Source: Bacteroidales bacterium UBA5281 | GTDB lineage: Bacteria; Bacteroidota; Bacteroidia; Bacteroidales; Lentimicrobiaceae | Direction: 5' to 3' | Assembly: GCA_002410555.1 (NCBI GenBank) | Contig: DHSR01000050.1 | Span: forward strand, 9,761 to 73,760 | DNA: 64,000 bases | Program-made: the position numbers and the translations under genes | Shown here: one piece after another, positions 61,601-64,000 of the stretch | How positions within the stretch are numbered: the stretch's first letter is position 1 | Layout of the letters: each line of letters opens with the position of its first letter | The notes under the pieces: model-generated | Seen by the model: only the letters and a program-made list of their open reading frames with translations | Told to the model about the DNA's origin: nothing | Databases searched by the model: none

Positions 61601-64000
61601 ACAAAGATTATTGGTCTGCACCTGGCAATATCCCCTCCAAACCCCAAACCATAGTAAGTACAGCAAAAAGATATGGACAACCTCCTCTTTCAGAAACCAA
61701 TAAGATTATATATGATAGCAAAGGAAACACCACAAGCACGATCGATTTTTTTGGTATGCCCAAAGCAGTAACAACTATCTATTCAGATTTTACCTTGGTT
61801 GGATTGCCTAAAACGTCAACAGTATCGGCAACAGGTATGGAAAGCAGGATTAGCCGTGTTATATTCGATAGCAAATATCGTTTTGTAACTTCACAAACCG
61901 ATGCCGAAGGCTATACATCCTCCACTATTTACGAACCTGCTTTTGGCAATAAATTATCCGTTACCAGTGCCAATGAACAAACCATATCAATGGAATACGA
62001 TGGCTTTGGCACACCTATCAAGCAAACAGATGAGTTAGGCGTATGGTCAAAAACTGAGTTTAGATGGTACACCGGCAGCACCAAACCAAATGTATTATAC
62101 TTTGCCGAATCCACTTCAAATAACGGATTAACATCTGCAAAATACTTTGATAAGTTAGGGCGTGCCTTATATGCTACACGTACTGATCCGAATGAAATGA
62201 TATCGAGCACCAAAACAGTATACAATTATAAAGGACAGATGGTCAGTGTTTCAGAACCCTATTTTGAAACAGCTACACCCACTCAATTCACAACTACAGC
62301 TTATCATCCTGATTATGGGTTCCCTGTTTCCTCCACATTACCCACAGGCGTAATTATTACAAGCACTACGCCTACGCCTGAAAACCCGGGAAGAACCACT
62401 ACCGTTACCAATAGCGCAACAGGCATAACTACATCCAAGAAAGCAGATTGCACCGGCAAACTTATAACCGCCATTGACCCCGGTGGTACGCTGACTTATA
62501 CCTATTACAGCGATGGGCAAACAAAGCAAATTGATTCGCCTGATGGCAACAATGTATCTATTACTTACGATGAGTATGGCAGACAAAAGACATTAAACGA
62601 TCCCGATGCCGGTGTGATAGAATATATTCATGATGCATTTGGACAACTTATTTATCAAAAGGATGCCAATGGCAGTGAATTTGACATGCATTATGATAAA
62701 CTGGGAAGATTATTAGAAAAAGAAACCATAAAAAACAACCTGATAACAAACCAGGTGTTTAAATATTATCCTTTCGATGCTGCAAAAGGCCGAAGAGGTG
62801 CGGTTGATTATACCCATTGTACTAACGAAAACGGTAATAATACCCGGGAAACATACCTATACAACGATAAAGCACAATTAACACAAAAAATTATTGTAAC
62901 CGATAACAACGACAAATCTTTTACCTATCTTTACACCTACGATTCAAAGGGCAATCCCGATGAATATACTTACCCCACGGGCTTAACCTTTAAAAACGAG
63001 TACAACCCCACAAACGGAGCTTTGCAGAACGTGAAAGAAAAACAAAGCGGCAGAATAATCTATGCACCCGGCAGCTACAATGCACGCGGGCAAATGATTT
63101 ATTTTGGCATGAGCAGCAATCACATATATACAACTTTTGGTTACGACGATTTTGGCCTGCCCACCTACCGGATGACAGGAAATTATTACCCCTCTTCATC
63201 CAACATTCAAAACCTCGAAACCAATTTCGACCCTTCCACTGGCAACTTAAACTGGCGAAAAGACCGCACCCGTAATTTAACCGAGAATTTCACCTACGAC
63301 GCCGTGCACAAAAACCGCCTGGCTTCCTGGCAGGTGCAGGGGCAGCAGCAATACAATACCACCTACAACAATTCCAATGGCAATATAATCACCAAAACCG
63401 ATTTTACTTCGCCTGGCAACCCCTATTCATATGGTTTAAATGCAGGGCCCCATGCCGTTACCGGTGTTAAAGCACCATTGCTGATGCCTGTCGAAGCGGA
63501 GCAGGAAATAAGCTACAACAGCTTTAACAAGGCCTCGCTTATCAGCCACAACTACCAAAGGCGGGAATTGTTTTTACATTACGGCCCCGATGAACAGCGC
63601 GTAAAAACCGAGTACAAGATAAACGGACAAACCACCCTTACAAAATACTTCCCCGGGGGAGGCCTGGAAGTGGAAGTATCGGCCAATGGCAGTGAACGCT
63701 GGCTGCATTACCTGCCCGGCGGGGGTTTGTACGTGTGCGATGAAAACTTTGATAAAATTGGCATGTACTATGTGTTGACCGACTACCTGGGCAGTGCCCA
63801 CAAGGTAATTACCGAAACCGGTAATACAGTAGAGGAGTATAGCTTCGACCCATGGGGAAGAAGACGCAACCCGACAAACTGGACATACACCGGTGTGCCT
63901 TCAAGCTTTACATTTAACCGTGGTTTTACCGGTCATGAAATGTTGGATGCCTTTGGGCTTGTAAATATGAATGGCCGTATGTACGACCCTGTATTGGGCC
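58678..64000 (+). CDS. Large RHS/YD-repeat protein (SpvB/TcB-like N-terminus, FG-GAP repeats, RHS core), truncated by the window end
   Basis: Manual translation from ATG 58678: signal peptide, PPGTAGMQPSLSLAYSSQAGNGIAGYGW, seven D-x-(D/N)-x-D FG-GAP-like motifs, GFLGF, YD repeats, then DYLGS…FDPWG…RGFTGHE…NMNGRMYDPVLG in the same frame at the window end. Absent from the ORF track, consistent with no stop inside the window. Confidence 0.95.
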   Translation, partial: MKNIILTLSAFLLIGASGAQILIDKEIPGNITKIITAPEYIRMMPGFEYKPVSQNYFRAYIDENASTILPVTYQEYIDPEKRELDFDLPVGSTDGVASVSLTGAATYTIPIFSPPGTAGMQPSLSLAYSSQAGNGIAGYGWNLAGLSAITRTGLTIYHDDRVEGIDFDDDRFALDGQRLIKSFKSEQYGADGTRYFTEIFNGSRIISHGSIGNGPAWFKVIGNDGSIIEYGKTNNSRLTSQRPDQTTITWYINKITDPNGNYIQFIYDKKALEINIKEIKYTGNDEASPAIEPYNSIKFYYSDRTDNSTAFVSGSRLEQTLLLDHIDVVSEKNIVKSYILKYFYDFYSKLNEVEEFGSDGAHYNSIVFGYDNSVYSNSVNNTKLSSKDNIIMFVDFNNDGLADIFKGGSSGTNEKSWEIHINQGEDPRFNNEPDFSGNLLNSRDHKIVPIDFDGDGFMDILIYSIYSSVLFGDEYCDLDLLHNTGSDFVTYHLLDESDLHGWWFDNFNTEIRVLDMDGDNKDEFILWISGEWMGSLDHLVYFFEIQQTNNTIVANNLFFKEYLYSGFQPTNILALDLNGDSKDELLIVKEDDKSEIYEFIKENNVIHSRKIYDSGFPSSHHHLFVGDFNGDGRVDLLSQVQDNQHKTHWYLAYWLDGGFVENEIIDILPENNDPTFYSVGDFNGDGKADLSYLYNENINGNYRARNKIFYSYNDSFKSSTNELFMYFIGGSSNWQVPPQPFSSYLSDFDGDGISDLGFGAADFIRCVITKPWVNYNTLKMVANGFNAKSQFLYNTLASQSIYSTNGQLDYPVRHFVYPLKVVESLATDNGLGDFNTLTYNYGNGIVHLEGKGFLGFQKFQTTSSISPVRSTSMFAIHPTYYFLQPEQTFSYKSILGPDVQIHRTNSVNQVKTGFELTNKVFLPWQSLVTEKDFATGNKQTTEVTIDNYGNPLTQEVKIFDSHTATTETASNLTEYKDYWSAPGNIPSKPQTIVSTAKRYGQPPLSETNKIIYDSKGNTTSTIDFFGMPKAVTTIYSDFTLVGLPKTSTVSATGMESRISRVIFDSKYRFVTSQTDAEGYTSSTIYEPAFGNKLSVTSANEQTISMEYDGFGTPIKQTDELGVWSKTEFRWYTGSTKPNVLYFAESTSNNGLTSAKYFDKLGRALYATRTDPNEMISSTKTVYNYKGQMVSVSEPYFETATPTQFTTTAYHPDYGFPVSSTLPTGVIITSTTPTPENPGRTTTVTNSATGITTSKKADCTGKLITAIDPGGTLTYTYYSDGQTKQIDSPDGNNVSITYDEYGRQKTLNDPDAGVIEYIHDAFGQLIYQKDANGSEFDMHYDKLGRLLEKETIKNNLITNQVFKYYPFDAAKGRRGAVDYTHCTNENGNNTRETYLYNDKAQLTQKIIVTDNNDKSFTYLYTYDSKGNPDEYTYPTGLTFKNEYNPTNGALQNVKEKQSGRIIYAPGSYNARGQMIYFGMSSNHIYTTFGYDDFGLPTYRMTGNYYPSSSNIQNLETNFDPSTGNLNWRKDRTRNLTENFTYDAVHKNRLASWQVQGQQQYNTTYNNSNGNIITKTDFTSPGNPYSYGLNAGPHAVTGVKAPLLMPVEAEQEISYNSFNKASLISHNYQRRELFLHYGPDEQRVKTEYKINGQTTLTKYFPGGGLEVEVSANGSERWLHYLPGGGLYVCDENFDKIGMYYVLTDYLGSAHKVITETGNTVEEYSFDPWGRRRNPTNWTYTGVPSSFTFNRGFTGHEMLDAFGLVNMNGRMYDPVLG

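Noticed and set aside
58817..63801. Short track ORFs within the RHS region
   Set aside because: Alternative-frame or antisense shadows of the long RHS frame
58678..64000. T6SS effector or complete Tc toxin complex
   Set aside because: Sec signal peptide present, and no PAAR, VgrG or TcA in the window. Components elsewhere in the genome cannot be excluded.

Overview
Bacteroidota chromosome segment, probably Bacteroidales-like (inferred from TAnnTTTG promoter motifs, T9SS C-terminal domains and lipoprotein leaders). Bases 1-50,550 are mostly core and metabolic genes: an OmpA protein, an XRE regulator, an S9/DPP5-like peptidase, GH31, two GH13 and a GH53, three M16 peptidases, mgsA, pfkA, katE, ndh, aldehyde reductases, wecE, a rhomboid, a DEDDh exonuclease, an E2 acyltransferase, a GT2, a pseudouridine synthase, a frameshifted sensor kinase, USP, HD, ligA, DMT and a Gre-like factor. 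Several REP-like and short-period repeats lie between these genes. From about 50,880 to the end is an accessory secreted-protein island, all on the + strand. It opens with two tandem modules, each a surface lipoprotein plus a T9SS cargo protein. Their bodies are very divergent, but their 5'UTR and signal-peptide DNA is identical over 130 bp, and copy 1 has an in-frame TAG right at the end of the identity. Next come a tail-fibre-like protein, a tiny YD-hairpin plus T9SS-CTD protein, and a >1,770-aa SpvB/FG-GAP/RHS toxin-cage protein that the ORF track missed because it runs off the window. This island is the best candidate for an undescribed system. No rRNA, tRNA, CRISPR array, integrase or transposase was recognised.
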